Positions 11,849 through 26,339 of a stretch of 64,000 nucleotides of DNA are shown here, piece by piece. The notes below the pieces were generated by a model, which ran no database searches, was not told the origin of the DNA, and saw only the letters and a program-made list of their open reading frames with translations. The stretch's first letter is position 1. Every line of letters starts with the position of its first letter. The DNA lies in NCBI RefSeq assembly GCF_963921235.1, contig NC_086108.1:7874001-7938000 (forward strand), given 5' to 3'. This DNA comes from Mobula hypostoma (taxonomy: Eukaryota). The position numbers and the translations under genes were made by a program.

Positions 11849-12394
11849 AGGGGACAGGGTGTTGAGCTATATCCATCAGCCATTCCCAGAAAATCCTTTC
11901 CATCTTCAAGATGCCAGCAGATTCCATTAGCACCCCAGGAGCTGAGCGACACCAAAGCCCTCTGGCAATCTTTGTAATTTCTAGATTGGCCCAAACCATC
12001 ACACAACTCCAATAGATGCCTCAAGTCATTCCTGGCTGTCCATCTGCCAACTGAAGCCGCCATTATTTACTTAATGATCCTCAAGTACCAAGAGCATGGA
12101 CAACCATATGATCCCATGGTCTATGGATACCCATAACACCAGAAGATGTTGGGGTGGAACTGGTGACCTATGTTGAATTCCTGCCGCTGTGTGTAAGGTG
12201 TTTGTATGTTCTCCCTGTGACCGTGTGGGTTTCCTCTAGGTTCCTCCCACAGTCCAAACACCTACTGGTTGGTTTGTTAATTGGTCATTGTAATTTGTCA
12301 CATAATTAGGTTAGCGTTAAATTGGGGGGTTGCTGGGTGGCACGGCACGAAGGGCCTGAAGAGCCTATTCCATGCTGTATCTCAATAAATAAAT

Positions 12395-12700
12395 ATAGGA
12401 GCAGAAGTAGGCCATTCAGCCCATCAAGTCTGCTCTCTCATTCAATCATTTTTCTTTTCTCAATTCCATTCTCCCATTAACTCCCTTACTAATCAAGAAC
12501 CTATCAATCTCTGCCTTAAATAGACCCAATGACATGGCCTCCACATCCCTCTGTGGCAAATGAATTGGATGCACCACACCCTGGCTAAAGAAATTTCTCC
12601 TCACCTCTGTTCTGATATCCCTTTATTCTGAGGCTGTGCCCTCTAGTCCTAGACTTTCCCACTAATGGAAGCTCATCTCTATGTCCACCATCACCAGGTC
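12395..12700 (-). mobile_element. CR1 3' fragment
   Basis: Reverse complement of the CR1 3' UTR and ORF2 end. Confidence 0.75.
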
Positions 12701-12974
12701 ATCATTATTTGCCCAGAGCTATGGTAATGACAGATGCCCTCACTCTCATCTAGTGATCTGCATCAGCTAGGCCTGGTGTAAGATCATTGACTTATTCCCC
12801 AAAGTGGATTCTCAGTTCAAAGGTGCATGAGTTAATTTTACTATCAAAGAAATAACTCAGCCAGAACACTGGTTTTCAATCTCCCAGGGTCTGTGCACAG
12901 TGAAACTGCTGCCCTAAAACACTCAGATCTGGGAACATCTATTCCCAAGTACAGATATACTACAAGCTAATGAG

Positions 12975-14314
12975 CAATGTTCCCTCTAATTTTTAGCAGT
13001 CAATGTGTGCAAAAATCTTACGTTGTGCAATTTTTTTTCCTGTGACAAAAGTATGTGTGCACTGAATGCACACGTGGTACAGTTTATGTAGGTTACAAAA
13101 TATTTGACATAAAACCGCACAGAATAACAACAAAATAACATACATATTTAAGTCACTCAGTTATTTTTCTCTCTCCCGTCTTTGGCATTTACCCATTCTT
13201 TGTAAACTATCTAGACTAATAGAACTTCCATCCAATTGATAGCTTTTGATTCTCATTAACATATCCAAATGACATTCACCCAAACGGTTTCTCGGCTTGT
13301 TTTTGAGTTGATTCATGAGGCTAAGACCTCACTCACAGTCCGCACTAGACACAAGAAAGGCTCCCCCAATGTCCATCAGCTGTGCAAGGTCGCAAAACTG
13401 TTCATTTTGAAGTACAAATGCCACCATTTCAGCAAAGTACGAAATCAGTTTGGATTTAATATTTTCTTGCATGGAAAATTTGAAATCATTAAACTGTCTA
13501 ACTATTACAGTATTTTCAGCTAGAAAATCATGATATTTTATACATAAGGCATTAACTTGTTCATCGCCAAATGTGAAGTCACAATCTGCAATTGTGGAGA
13601 AATCAAAAGCTGACCATTCTTGTACCTCATCTTCAGGAAACCTTTCTTCTAAATGAACACAAAGACATTTATATAACACATAACACATTTATAAAAGCCA
13701 ACAGTGAACTTGAATCTACTGTGACGTTTTCTTCACATTGTTGGCTTAGCAAAACTTTAACTCTGTCACTCCACGAAACATTGTCTCCCAGCTACTGCTT
13801 TCTTACCTTGTTAATTTTGCCTCGCGCAAAATGAAGTGAATCAATCGGTGATAGGCCACTGTTTTGCAGAATCTTGCACAGTGCAGCCAGTTCATCAAAG
13901 GCATCACTTAAAACATGTAAAGCTACTTTGTATGTGATGTTTATTAATTTCTTGTGACAGTATTTAGCCACAGGGTCACTTGACTGATCTTTTTCAATAA
14001 AAACTTAGTAAACTATCTACAGGATTTGAAACAAGTCTTTGTAAACTTTACGATATGAACACTGTCCGCCAAAGATGGCTGCCGCCGTGATGCAGCTGTA
14101 CAAACCGGAACCGGAAAGGTGAGGTGACGTAAATTAGTGACGTACATCGTGGTATTTGAAAAACCGATTAACTAGTTAACAGAAACATTTAGCTAAAAGA
14201 TCATTTTCAATAATTATAATTATTAATTACTACATTATTTTAGGAAACTTAATTTCCTTTGTACGCTGGTTGAAAAATGTGTGTGCGCGTGCGCACGGCT
14301 TAGAGGGGACATAG
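12975..14314 (-). mobile_element. Internally deleted hAT DNA transposon
   Basis: 15-bp TIRs CAATGTTCCCTCTAA / TTAGAGGGGACATAG and 8-bp TSD CTAATGAG/CTAATGAA. The minus-strand remnant ends in a SSADCE(R)xFSLMN hAT dimerisation motif. Confidence 0.9.
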
Positions 14315-14961
14315 CTAATGAAGTGAACAAAAATGTTTGTAACACGTTCAAAAGTTCATTTTAAGATCAGAGAATGTATACAGCATACAACCTGAAATTC
14401 CTACTTTTCACAGACATCCACGAAACAAGAACTCCCATAGAATGATAGAAGCATCACAGCCCCAAAGCCCCCCTCCCTTCACACAACTCAAGGACCGACA
14501 GGGTCTCCCACTCTCTGTCAAAAGAGAGGGAGAGAGAAAAGGATCATCTGAGTATCAGAGCCTTCGTCCAGTAATAGCTGGTGATTAGGAAGCATACCGC
14601 CTCCTGCATTGTTGTTTGGAGATCAGATTAGAAAAAAAAGGTTAGTAAAATTAGTTATTAAATCCAAGTGGCTAAATTTCAATGTTAGGAGAAACAATTA
14701 GTTTTATCACTATCGAGACATGGTAAACTATCGGAACAGTTCTTGCTTACTGTATTTGGATAAAAAGACAGATCCCTTGAAGCTGTGAGATGCTCTGTTT
14801 TCCAGTTCTTTTGTGTTAATACCAATAGCTTGCCCTAGTTCAACTGCATGGACCCTATGAGCAAAGAATCTCACCAGCACCTCTGCTTCCTCAGGAGGCT
14901 ATTGGGATTCAGCATATTCCATTAGACTTTCGCCAATTTCTTTTTACATAGATATACCATA

Positions 14962-15385
14962 GGAAGGGGTAGCAGAGTGGAGATATGTCTCTACCAAAGG
15001 AGGTGTAAGGTGCTCCTTCCCTCCGCTAGCCTGCAGGTCACCCTTGGGCAAGGTGTAGCATCTGCTTAGGCCCCCCCCCCGCCAACAATCAGGGTCTTGT
15101 GATGCCATGGGAGCAGGCAGTGGATGGTCGTATGAACGGCTGGTGTATTTCACAAGTCCTGGTGATGCAACCACTAACACCAGACAGACAACCTCTGAAG
15201 AGTTTTGATAATGACTGAGGTCACCCGACTTGTAAAGACACTGCCCAGAAGAAGGCAATGGAAAATCACTTCTGTAGAAAAATTTGCCGAGAACTATCAC
15301 GGTCATGGAAAGACCACAACTGCCTACATCGTACGACACGGCGCATAATGGCGATGTAATACGACACGAGACATAACGAACGAAC
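14962..15385 (+). mobile_element. RTE-tailed non-autonomous element, near full length
   Basis: Same family as 3540-3872 and 16046-16290. Ends in a short (AACG)n tail. Confidence 0.65.
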
Positions 15386-16045
15386 ACTGTTTACTCTGTG
15401 GGCTTCACGTGAGCAAGAACACTTCATCGCAGCCTGTTGCACGTGACAATAATAACACCCCCGATTTAATCTTTGCCTAATCACAGGTCAATTTACAGTG
15501 ACTAATTAACCCATTAACTGGTACGTCTTTGGGCTGTGGGAGGAACCTAGGGCACCTGGGGGAAACCCACCCATTCCACCTATCATCTCCCAGCTTCTCA
15601 CTTCATTCCCCCAGCATCCCCACTCACCCACCTTCCCCCTCACCTGTCACCTGCCAGCTCGTACTCCTCCCCTCCCCCACCTTTTCATTCTGGCTTCTTC
15701 CTTCTTCCTTCCCGGTCCTGAAGAAGAGTCCCGCCCCAAAATGTCACTGTTTATTCATCTCCATAGACGCTGCCTGACCTGCTGAGTTCCACCAGCATTT
15801 TGTGCTCTGGATTTCCAACATCTACAGAGATTCTTGTGTTTATGACTGAAGCCAATTCTTGTAGCTAGCATTCCCACCTTGGCTTGGGCACCTGGTCACT
15901 GAGACAGATACCAGAAACAACCTCGATTTCTGTAAACTGACTGTGGGGTCATTAAATGTAAAGTTAAACTGTAATTTACTTACTATCAAAAGTTCAAAGT
16001 AAATTTTATTATCAAAGTATGTATACATCACACATAGAACCCCGC

Positions 16046-16290
16046 CAACAATCAGGGTCATGTGAAGACACGGGAGCAGGCGGTGGATGGTCGTATGGGC
16101 GGCTGGTGTATTTCACAAGTCCTGGTGATTCAACCACTGACGGCAGACAGACAATCTCTGAAGAGTATTGGTAAGGGCTGAGTCACCCATCTTGTAAAGA
16201 CACTGCCCAGAAGAAGGCAATGGCAAATTACTTCCGCAGAGACACTTGCCGAGAACAATCATGGTTATAGATGTCATACAACACAGCACA
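16046..16290 (+). mobile_element. RTE-tailed non-autonomous element, 3' part
   Basis: Collinear with 15075-15350. Confidence 0.65.
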
Positions 16291-16292
16291 TA

Positions 16293-18336
16293 CAGTGCCT
16301 ATAAAAAGTATTTACTCCCCTTGGAAGTTTTCATATTTTATTGTTTTACAACATTGAATCACAGTGGATGTAATTTGGCTTTTTTTTTGACACTGATCGA
16401 CAGAAAAAGACTCTCTCGGGTCAAAGTGAAAACAGATCTTTATAAAGTAATCTAAATTAATTACAAATAAAAACACAAATTAATCTATTGTATAAGTGTT
16501 CACCCCCGCCTTTAATACGACACACCAAATCATCACTGGTGCAGCCAATTGGTTTTAGAAGTCACATAGTTAATTAAATGGAGATCTGTTTTTGTAGACC
16601 TGTGGGCAGACAAGGTGTTTCAATTGATTGTAGTAAAAATACACCTGTATCTGGAAGGTCCAACTGCTGGTGAGTCAGTATCCTGGCAAAAACTAGACCA
16701 TGAAGACAAAAGAACACTCCAAGCAACTCCCCAAAAAGGTTATTGAAAAGCACAAGTCAGGAGATGGATGCAACAAAATTTCCAAGTCACTGAATCCCTT
16801 GGAATACAGTTAAGTCAATCATCAAGAAATGGAAAGAATATGGCACAGCTGTAAATCTGCCTAGAGCAGGCAGTCCTCAAAAACTGAGTGACCGTGCAAG
16901 AAGGGGGCTAGTGATGGAGGCCACCAAGAGACCTGTGACAACTCTGGAGGAGTTACAAGCTCCAGAGACTGAGATGGGAGAGACAGCGCAAACAACAACT
17001 GTTTCCCGGGTGCTTCACTGGTCACAGCTTTATGGGAGAGTGGCAAAGACAGAGCCACTGTTGAAAAATCTGACATGAAATCTCAGCTAGAGTTTGCCAG
17101 AAGGCATGTGGGAGACTTTGAAGTCAGCTGGAAGAAGGTTCTATGGTCTGATGAAAGCAAAATTGAGCTTTTCGGTCATCACATTAAGCACTACGTTTGG
17201 CATAAGCCAACCACCACAGATCATCAAAAAACACACCATCAAAACTCAGTTACAGAGAAAGGTTGAATAGGTTAGGACTTTATTCCCTAGAGCGTAGAAG
17301 AATGAGGGGAGATTTGATAGAGGTATATAAAATTATGATGGGTATAGACAGAGTGAATGCAAGCAGGCTTTTTCCACTGAGGCAAGGGGAGAAAAAAACA
17401 GAGGACATGGGTTAAGGGTGAGGGGGGAAAAGTTTAAAGGGAACATTAGGGGGGGCTTCTTCACACAGAGAGTGGTGGGAGTATGGAATGAGCTGCCAGA
17501 CGAGGTGGTAAATGCGGGTTCTTTTTTAACATTTAAGAATAAATTGGACAGATACATGGATGGGAGGTGTATGGAGGGATATGGTCCGTGTGCAGGTCAG
17601 TGGGACTAGGCAGAAAATCGTTCAGCACAGCCAAGAAGGGCCAAAGGGCCTGTTTCTGTGCTGTAGTTTCTATGGTTCTATCGCTACTGTGAAGCATGGT
17701 GGTGGCTGTATCATTCTGTGGGGATGCTTCGTTGCAGCAGCCCTGGAAGGCTTGTGAAGGTAGAGGGTAAGATGAATACAGCAAGATACAGGGAAATGCT
17801 CAAGGAAAACCTGATTCAATCTGCAAGGAGTCTGTGATGTGGGAGAAGATTTGTTTTCCAGCAAGACAATAACCCAAGCATAAAGCCAAAGCTACACAGG
17901 AATAGCTTAAAAACAACAAAGTTAATGTCCTGGAGTGGCCAAGAATTTGTGGCTGGACTTGACTCACCACCATCCCCATGCAACCTGACAGAGCTTGAGC
18001 AGTTTTGTAAAGAAGAAAGGGGAAAAATTGCAGTGTCCAGTTGTGCAAAGCTGATAGAGACCTATCCACACAGACTCGAGGCTGTAATTGCTGCCAAAGG
18101 TGCATCTACTAAATAGTGACTTGAAGGGGGTGAATACTTATGCAACCAATTATTTTGTGTTTTATATTTGTAATTAATTTAGATCACTTTGTAGACATCT
18201 GTTTTCACTTTAACACAAAAGAGTCTTTTCTGTTGATCAGTGTCAAAAGAGCAAAATTAAATCCACTGTGATTCAATGTTGTAAAACAATAAAACATGAA
18301 ATCTTCCAAGGGGATGAATACTTTTTACAGGCACTG
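16293..18336 (+). mobile_element. Tc1 transposon with ~215-bp IR/DR-type TIRs and a degenerate transposase (16700-18116)
   Basis: TA|CAGTGCC...GGCACTG|TA ends, long inverted repeats, and motifs MKTKEHS, VLWSDESKIELFG, TVKHGGG, FQQDN, RLEAVIAAKGASTK. Confidence 0.95.
17241..17682 (+). mobile_element. CR1 3' fragment inserted in the Tc1 transposase
   Basis: FFTQRVVGVWNELP motif and (TTCTATG)-like tail. Splits HTI|ATVKHGGG with ATC at both junctions. Confidence 0.9.
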
Positions 18337-18789
18337 TAATGACGATGGCTCATACATCACAACTTGGGTTGGCATCTGCTCTGCCCATGACTGCAAAGTC
18401 TTGCAGAGCTGTGGATGCAGCACAGTAAATCCCACAAACCCGTCTCCCCTCCCCTCCCGTGACTCTGTCTCAACTTCCTGCCCCGCAGTAAAGCAGACAA
18501 CTTACTCAGAAACACCTTCCACCCCGTTCATTCTCTCCTCTCCAACCCTCTGATCATGCAAAAGATACAAAGGCTTGGGGATACATGCATGAACAGGCTC
18601 AAAAACTTCTATCCCACTGTTATCAGACTCTTAAACAAACCTCTTGTACGATCAATAATGAAACCCAATTTCCCTCGGGGTCAACAAAGTATATCTATCT
18701 ATCTATCTACGTTTGTATCTATTGACCTCTCATTCTATCTTGCACTTTATCTGGTTACCTGTTGTGTTCATTCTCTGCATTCCAGTCCC

Positions 18790-19305
18790 AGGGTGGAGGA
18801 GCAACCTTATATTCCGTCTGCGTAGCCTCCAACCTGATGGTATGAATATCGATTTCCACTTCCGGGTATAAAAAATTTTCAAGTGGAGAAACAATACCAT
18901 CACACACAAATTGCTGGAGGAACTCAGCAGGTCAGGCAACATCTATGTAAAAGAATGAACAGTCGATATTTTGGACCAAAACCCTTCTTCAGCGCTGAAA
19001 AGGAAGGGGAGAATGCCGGAATAAAAAAGTGGGGGGAGGAGAAGGAGGACAGTTGGAAGGTGATAGGTGAAGGCAGATGGGTGGGAAAGGTAAAGAGGGC
19101 TGGAGAGGAAGGAATCTGATAGGAGAGGAGAGTGAACCACAGGAGAAAGAGAAGGAGGAGGGGACCCCGGGGTAGTGATGGGCAGATGAGAAGAGACAAG
19201 AGTCCAGAGTGGGAACTGGAAGAAGGGAATGGGAGTGAAAATTTAGTTTACAGAAGCAGAAATTGATACTCATTCCGTCAGGTTGGAGGCTATCCAGACG
19301 GAGAC
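18790..19305 (-). mobile_element. Penelope-derived 3' remnants in two orientations, with a decayed hammerhead
   Basis: Similar to the Penelope ORF end and purine-rich 3' UTR at 47572-48000. Confidence 0.7.
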
Positions 19306-19714
19306 TCGTTCAGCCTAACAGCACCAAGATTTGCAGGGAAGAAGTCTAAATGGGAATGCAGAAAATTAATCTTTCGTGACCTGTAGCACTTCATGGTTTT
19401 GTCAACTAGCAGCACATAGTTTGGTGCTCTGCAGTTGCCAAGAAAATTTAACTGGGACACAGTGGGGAACTCTTACTTGCATGCAGAGAATGTCAGCGAA
19501 GTACTTAATGAGTACTTTGTTTTAGTATTTGCCAAGGATAATAAATATGGAGAACCAGGAGATCAGTGCTGAGCTTATAAGTAAGCTAGGGCATTTTGAG
19601 GTCAAGGAGGAGGAAGTGTTAGATCTCCCAATGTACTAAGGTGGATAGGTCTCCAGAGCCTTAGGAAATTTACTCACATCATTGAAGGAGGCAAGAGGCA
19701 AGAGACGAGATTGA

Positions 19715-22700
19715 CCAGAAGACATAGGAGTAGAATTAGGCCATTTGGCCCATCAAGTCTACTCTGCCATTTCATCATGGCTGATCCAATTTTTCTCTCA
19801 TTCCAACCTCCAGCCTTCTCCCTTCATGCACTGACAAATGAAGAATCTATCAATCGATCCCTTAAATATACAAACAGACTTGACCTCCACAGTTGCCTGT
19901 GACAAAGATGTCCACAGATTCACTACTCTCTGGCTAAAGAAATTCCTTCTCTTCACCGTTCTAAAAGGACGCCCCTCTATTCTGAGACTCTGTCCCCCTG
20001 GTCTTAGAGACTCCCTCCATAGGAAACCTCCTTTCCACATCAACTCTATCAAGAACTTTCAACATTCAATAGGTTTCAATTAGGTCATTCTTCTGAATTC
20101 CAGTGAATACAAGTCCAGAGCCATCAAACATTCTCCGTATGACAAACCGTTCAATCCTTGAAATATTTTCGTGAACCTCCTTTGAACTCTTTCCAGTTTC
20201 AGCACATTCTTTTTAAGATAAGAGGCCCAAAACTGCCTCACCTGTGCTTTATAAAGCCTCAACGTTACATCCTTACTTTTATATTCCAGTCCTCTTGAAA
20301 TGAATGCTAATATTGTATTTGCCTTCCTCACCACAGACTCAACCTGAAAATTAACCTTCAGGGAATCCTGCACAAGCACTCCCAAGTCCGTTTGCACCTC
20401 AGTTTTTTGTATTTTCTCTCCATTTAGAAAATAGTCAACAAATTCAATTCTTCCGCCAGAGTGCATGACCGTACACTTCCCAGCACTGTATTCCATCTGC
20501 CACTTCTTTCCCCAATCTCCTAATCTGTCCAAGTCCTTCTGTAGCCTCTCTGCTTCCTCAAAACTACAGCCCCTCCACCTATCTTCATATCATCTGTAAA
20601 CTTTGCAACAAAGCCATCAACGCCATCATGCAAATCATTAACATATAACGTAAAAAGAATTGGTCCCAACACAGACCCCTGTGGAAAACCACTAGTCACC
20701 AGTATCCAACCAGAAAAGGCTCCCTTTATTCCCACTCTTTACCTCCTGCCAATTAGCAGCTGCTTTATCCATGCCAGAATCTTCCCTGTAATACCATGGG
20801 CTCATAGCTTGTTAAGCAGCTTCATGTGTGGCACCTTGTCAAAGGCCTTCTGAAAATCCAAATATACATCAACTAATTCTCCTTTGTCTATCCTTCTTTT
20901 TATTTCTTCAAATAATTCCAACAGATTTGTCAGGCAAGATTTTCCCTTGAGGAAACCATGCTGACTACAGCCTATTTTATCATGTGCCTCCAAGTACCCC
21001 AAAATCACATCCTTAAGAATCAACTCCAATGTCTTCCCAACCACTGAGGTCAGACTAACTGGTCTATAAATTTCCTTTCTTCTAAGCTCTCTCCCTTCTT
21101 GAAGAATAGAGTGACATTTTCAATGTTCTAGTCTTCCAGAACCATTCCAGAATTTACCGATTCATGAAGATCACTTTTAATGCCTCCACAATCTCTTCAG
21201 TCACTTTTTTCTGAACATTCGGGTGTACACCATCTGGTCCAGGTGACTTATCTACCTTCAGATCTTTCAATTTCCCAAGAACCTTCTACCTGGTAATGGT
21301 AACTTCACACACTTCATGACCCCTGACACCTGGAACTTCCACCATACTGCTAGTGTCTTCCACAGTGAAGACTGATGCAAAATACTTATTCAGTTCATAT
21401 GCCATTTTCTTGTCCATCATTACTACCTCTCCAGCATCATTTTCCAGCAATCTGATATCTACTCTTGACTCTCTTTTACACCTTGTGTATCTGAGGAAAC
21501 CTTTGGTATCCTCTTTAATATTATTGGCTGGTTAACTTTCGTATTCCATCTTTACCTTCTTAATGACTTTTTTAATTGTCTTCTGTTGGTTTGTTAAAGC
21601 TTCCCAACCCATTAATTTTTGCTCTATAATAAGCCCTCTCATTTACTTTTATGTTGGCTTTGACTTCTCTTATCAGCCACAGTTGGGCCATCTTGCCTTT
21701 AGAATGCTTCTTCCTCTTTGGGATGTATATATCCTATGCCTTCCAAATTGCTTCCAAAAATTCCAGTCATTGCTGCTCTGCCATCATCCCTGCCAGTGTT
21801 CTTTCCCTAGTAATTCTGGCCAAATCCTCTTCTATGCCGCTGTGATTCTCTCTAGTCCACTATCATGCAAATGCATCTGACTTTAGCTTCTTCTCAAATT
21901 TCAGGGTAAATTTAATCATAGTATGATCAATTCCCCAAGGAGTTCTTTTACCTTAAGCTGTCTAATCAATTCTGGATCATTGCACAACTCCAAATCCAGA
22001 ATAGCTGATTCCCCAGTGGGCTCAACCATGAGCTGCTCTAAAAAGCCATCGCGTAGGCACTCTAGAAATTCCCCCTCCTGGAAGCCAGCACCAACCAGAT
22101 TTTCCCAATCTACCTGTATATTGAAATCCCCTGTGACTATTGTAAACATTGCCCTTTTGACATGCATTTTGTATCTCCCATTGTACTTTATAAACTACAT
22201 CCTTACTACTGCTTGGGGGTCTGTACATAACACCCTTCAGTGTCTTTTTACCCTCCCCTTAGTTCCATCCATAATGATCCAACACCTTCCGACCCTACGC
22301 ACACTTCTTTCTGATGATTTGATTTCATTTTTTTACCATCAGAGCCAGGCCATCCCCTCTGTCTATCTGCCTGTCCTTTCAATACAATCTGTGGCCTTGG
22401 ACGTTAAGCTCCCAGCTATAATCTTCTTTCAGCCATAACTCAGCAGTACTTACAACACCATACATGCCAATCTGTAACTGTACTACAAATTTATCTACCT
22501 TATTCCACATTCAGATATAACACCTTCAGTCCTGTATTCACCTTTACAATTTTGTCCACCTTTTACACTGCAACTCATCCTGCTGACTGCAGTTTTCTGC
22601 TATCATCTCCCCTTGCTAGGAGTCTTACCACACAGTTCCTCTGTTTGTAAACCAACTACCTTATCTTCAGCACTGAAACTCCAGTTCCTACCCCCCTGTC

Positions 22701-23505
22701 AGTTTAGTTTAATTCCACCTGACCAACTCTAGCCAACCTGCCACAAGGATATCAGACCCCTGTGGGTTCAGGTGTAACCCATTCCTTTTGTACAGGTCAT
22801 ACCTTCCCTAGAAGGTATCCCAATGATCCATAAATCTGAACCCCTGCCCCCCACACCAGTTCCTCAGCCCGGTGAGGCTCACCTGCCAAATTATCCTATC
22901 CTTACCCTCTGGGTGGGCACAGGCAGCAATCCAGAGATTACCACCATGGAGGTCCCGAGTCTCAGCTTTCTTCCTAGCTCCCTAAAATCTCTCTTCAGGA
23001 CCTCCTCACCTTGCCAATATGCACCACGATGTCTGGCTGCTCACCCTCGCCCTTGAAAATGTCATGGACCTGATCCGAGCCATCCCCGAACCTGGCACCA
23101 GGGAGGCAACATACCATCCGGAAGTTTCTACCGCGCCCACAAAACCTCGTCCCTGTTCCTCTGACTACGGAATCCGCTATAAGCACTGCAGTCCGCTTCA
23201 CCTCTCTGCCCTTCTGGGCCACGCCACCAGATTCAGTGCCGGAGTCCCGCTCAGTGTGACTCCCCCCAGTTGGTCGTCCACCTCAATAGTATCTAAAGTT
23301 GTATGCTTATTATTGAGGGGGTTGGCCACAGGTGTACTCTGCACTGGCTGTGCACTTCCCCTCCTCCTCCTGACGGTCACCCAGTTACCTGTCTCCTGCA
23401 ACCTAGGGGTGACTAACACCCTGTAGCTCCTGTCCATCACCTCCTCATTCTCCTGTATGGGTGGAAGGTCATTGAGCTGCACCTTCAGGTCCATGACACG
23501 TTCTT
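19715..23505 (-). mobile_element. Near full-length degenerate CR1 (ORF1 esterase-like, APE endonuclease, RT)
   Basis: AVLIADSVVRG and VCCLPGAR (ORF1), YRPP and GDFN (EN), YLDFQKAFDK, PQGSVLGP and FTDD (RT), plus the 3' UTR. Confidence 0.92.
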
Positions 23506-23680
23506 TCAGGATTGCTGGGCTCTTGACTAGTATCTTTGTGCCCTCTCTAGCCATAGGCAAGGTCCTGGAAGACTGGTGAATGGCTAACGTTGTACCTCTA
23601 TTTAAGAAGGGAACAAGGAAAAATCCTGGGAACTCTTGACCGGTGAGTCTCACTCTAGGAAAATTGCTGGAGAAAATTCT

Positions 23681-24985
23681 TACATTCTCATAATATGATT
23701 AGGAATAATCAGCATGGCTTTGTGAAAGGCAGGTCGTGCCTTACGAGCCTGATTGAATTTTCTGAGGATGTGACTAAACACATTGATGAAGGAAGAGCAG
23801 TAGATGTAGTGTATATGGATTTCAGCAAGGCATTCGATAAGGTATCCCATGCAAGGCTTACTGAGAAAGTAAGGAGGCATGGGATCCAAGGGGACATTGC
23901 TTTGTGGATCCAGAACTGGCTTGCCCACAGAAGGCAAAGAGTGGTTGTAGATGGGTCATATTCTGCATGGAGGTCGGTGACCTGTGGTGTGCCTTAGGGA
24001 TCTGTTCTGGGACCCCAACTCTTTGTGATTTTTATAAATGACCTGGATGAGGAAGTGGAGTGATGAGTTAGTAAATTTGCTGATGACACAAAGGTTGGAG
24101 GTGTTGTGGATAGTGTGGAGGGCTGTCAGAGGTTACAGTGGGACATTGATAGGATGCAAAACTGGGCTGAGAAGTGGCAGATGGAGTTCAACCCAGATAA
24201 GTGTGAAGTGGTTCATTTTGGTTGGTCAACTATGATGGCAGAATATAGTATTAATGGTAAGACTCTTGGCAGTGTGGAGGATCAGAGGGATCTTGGGGTC
24301 CAAGTCCATAGGACGCTCAAAGCAGCTGCACAGGTTGACTCTGTGGTTAAGAAGGCATACGGTGTATTGGCCTTCATCAATCGTGGGATTGAGTTTAAGA
24401 GCCAAGAGGGAATGTTGCATCTATATAGGACCCTGGTCAGGCCCCACTTGGAGTACTGTGCTCAGTTCTGGTCGGCTCACTATCGGAAGGATGTGGAAAC
24501 CATAGAAAAGGTGCAGAGGAAATTTACAAGGATGTTGCCTGGATTGGGAAGCATGCCTTATGAGAATAGGTTGGGTGAATTTGGCCTTTTCTCCTTGGAG
24601 TGACGGAGGATGAGAGGTGACCTGATAGAGGTGTATAAGATAATGAGAAGCATTGATCATGTGGATAGTCAGAGGCTTTTTCCCAGAGCAGAAATGGCTA
24701 GCACTAGAGGGCACAATTTTAAGCTGCTTGGAAGTAGGTACAGAGGAGACGTCAGGGGTAAGTTTTTTACGCAGAGAGTGGTGAGTGTGTGGAATGGGCT
24801 GCCGGCGATGGTGGTGGAGGCGGATACCATAGGGTCTTTCAAGATACTCCCAGACAGGTACATGGAGCTCCGGAAAAACAGGGGGCTATGGGTAACCCTA
24901 GGCAATTTCTAAGGTAGGACAAGTTCGGCACAGCTTTGCAGGCCAAAGGGCCTGTATTGTGCTGTAGGTTTTCTGTGTTTCTATG
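23681..24985 (+). mobile_element. 5'-truncated CR1 nested in an older CR1
   Basis: QHGFVKGRSCLT, YMDFSKAFDK and FADDTK motifs with a few stops. Tail TTTTCTGTGTTTCTATG. Confidence 0.92.
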
Positions 24986-26339
24986 AGGGGATCTATGAGC
25001 ATTTGGAAACCCAGGGCCTATTTAGGGAGAGTCAGTATGGCTTTGTGTGTGCAACTTGACTGAGTTTTTTGACAAGGTGTTGAGGGAGATTGACGAGGGT
25101 AGAGCAGTGGATGTTGTCTACATGGAATTTAGTCAGGCATTTGACGAAGTCCCTAATGGGAGGCTAATCCAGAAGATTAAAATGCATTGGGGTCTGCAAT
25201 GAATTTGCTGTTTGGATTCATAAATGGCTTGTGCATAGGAGACAGAGGGTAGTGGTTGAAGGAGCTTATTCCAGCTGGAGGTCTGTGATTGGTGGTGTTC
25301 TGCAGGGATATGTGCTGGGACCTCTGCTGTCTGTGATCTATGTAAATGATCTGGATGAAAACGTAGGTGGTTGGGTTAGTAAGTTTACAGGTGATACCAA
25401 GACTGGTGGAGTTGTGGGTGGAGCAGAAGACTGGCAAAGTATACAGCACGATGTAGACCAGTTCCAGATATGGGGAGGGAAATAGCAGGTGGAGGTTAAC
25501 CCAGGTAACTGTGAGATAAGGGCAAGACCCTTAACAGTGTTGCTGATAGATCTTGGGATCCAGGTTCATAGCTCCTTGAAAGTGGCTACACAAGTCGATG
25601 AGGTGGTTAAGAAGGGTTATGGAATGCTTACTTTTATTAGTCAAGGCATTGAGTTCAAAAGTCAGGAGGTTATGTTGCAATTTTATAAAACTCTAATTGG
25701 GCCACATCTGGAGTATTATTTACAGTTCTGGTTGTCCCACTATAGGAAAGATGTAGAGGCTTTGGAGAGGGTGCAGAGGAGGTTTACCAGGATGCTGCCT
25801 GGTTTAGAGGGCACGTGCCATCATGAGAGGCTGGACAAACTTGGGTTGTTTTCTCTGGAGCAGCGGAGGCTGAGGGGAGATCTGACAGAGGTTTACAAGA
25901 TTATGAGCATAGATAGAGTGGACAGAGAGTATCTGTTTCCCAGGATGCAATGTCTAATACTAGAGGGCGTGCATTGAAGGTGAGAGGGGGCAGGTTCAAA
26001 GGGGGTGTGAGGGGTAAATTTTTTACTCAGAGAGTGGTGGATGCCTGGACTGCACGGCCTGTTACAGTGGTGAGGCTTTTAAGAGACATTTGGATGTGAG
26101 GAAGATGGAGGGATATGGACACAGTGTAGGTAGGAGGGATTAGTGTTTGGGTGATCTTGATTTGCTTTTTAGCTGGTTCAGCACAACACTTTGGGCCGAA
26201 TGGCCTATTTCTGTGCTGTACCTTTCTCTGTTCTGTGTTAAAATCTTCAACAACATCCTTGCAACCCTTCTGTATGATTTTCTCAAGTCCCACTAGAGTT
26301 CCTCGAATTGCCTGTCATGATTTGTGGACCAACAAAAAT

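Larger units (their letters stand above)
19470..26235 (+). mobile_element. Old CR1 host copy in three pieces (19470-19714, 23506-23680, 24986-26235)
   Basis: The RT reading continues across two nested inserts (KEAR..EI / IAGLLTSIF..GKLLEKIL / IYEHLE..ESQYGF). Confidence 0.8.

Noticed and set aside
14962..15080. Possible HDV-like ribozyme at the 5' end of the RTE-tailed SINE
   Set aside because: P1-like and P4-like helices can be drawn, but I could not close P2, P3 and P1.1 or find a convincing catalytic junction.
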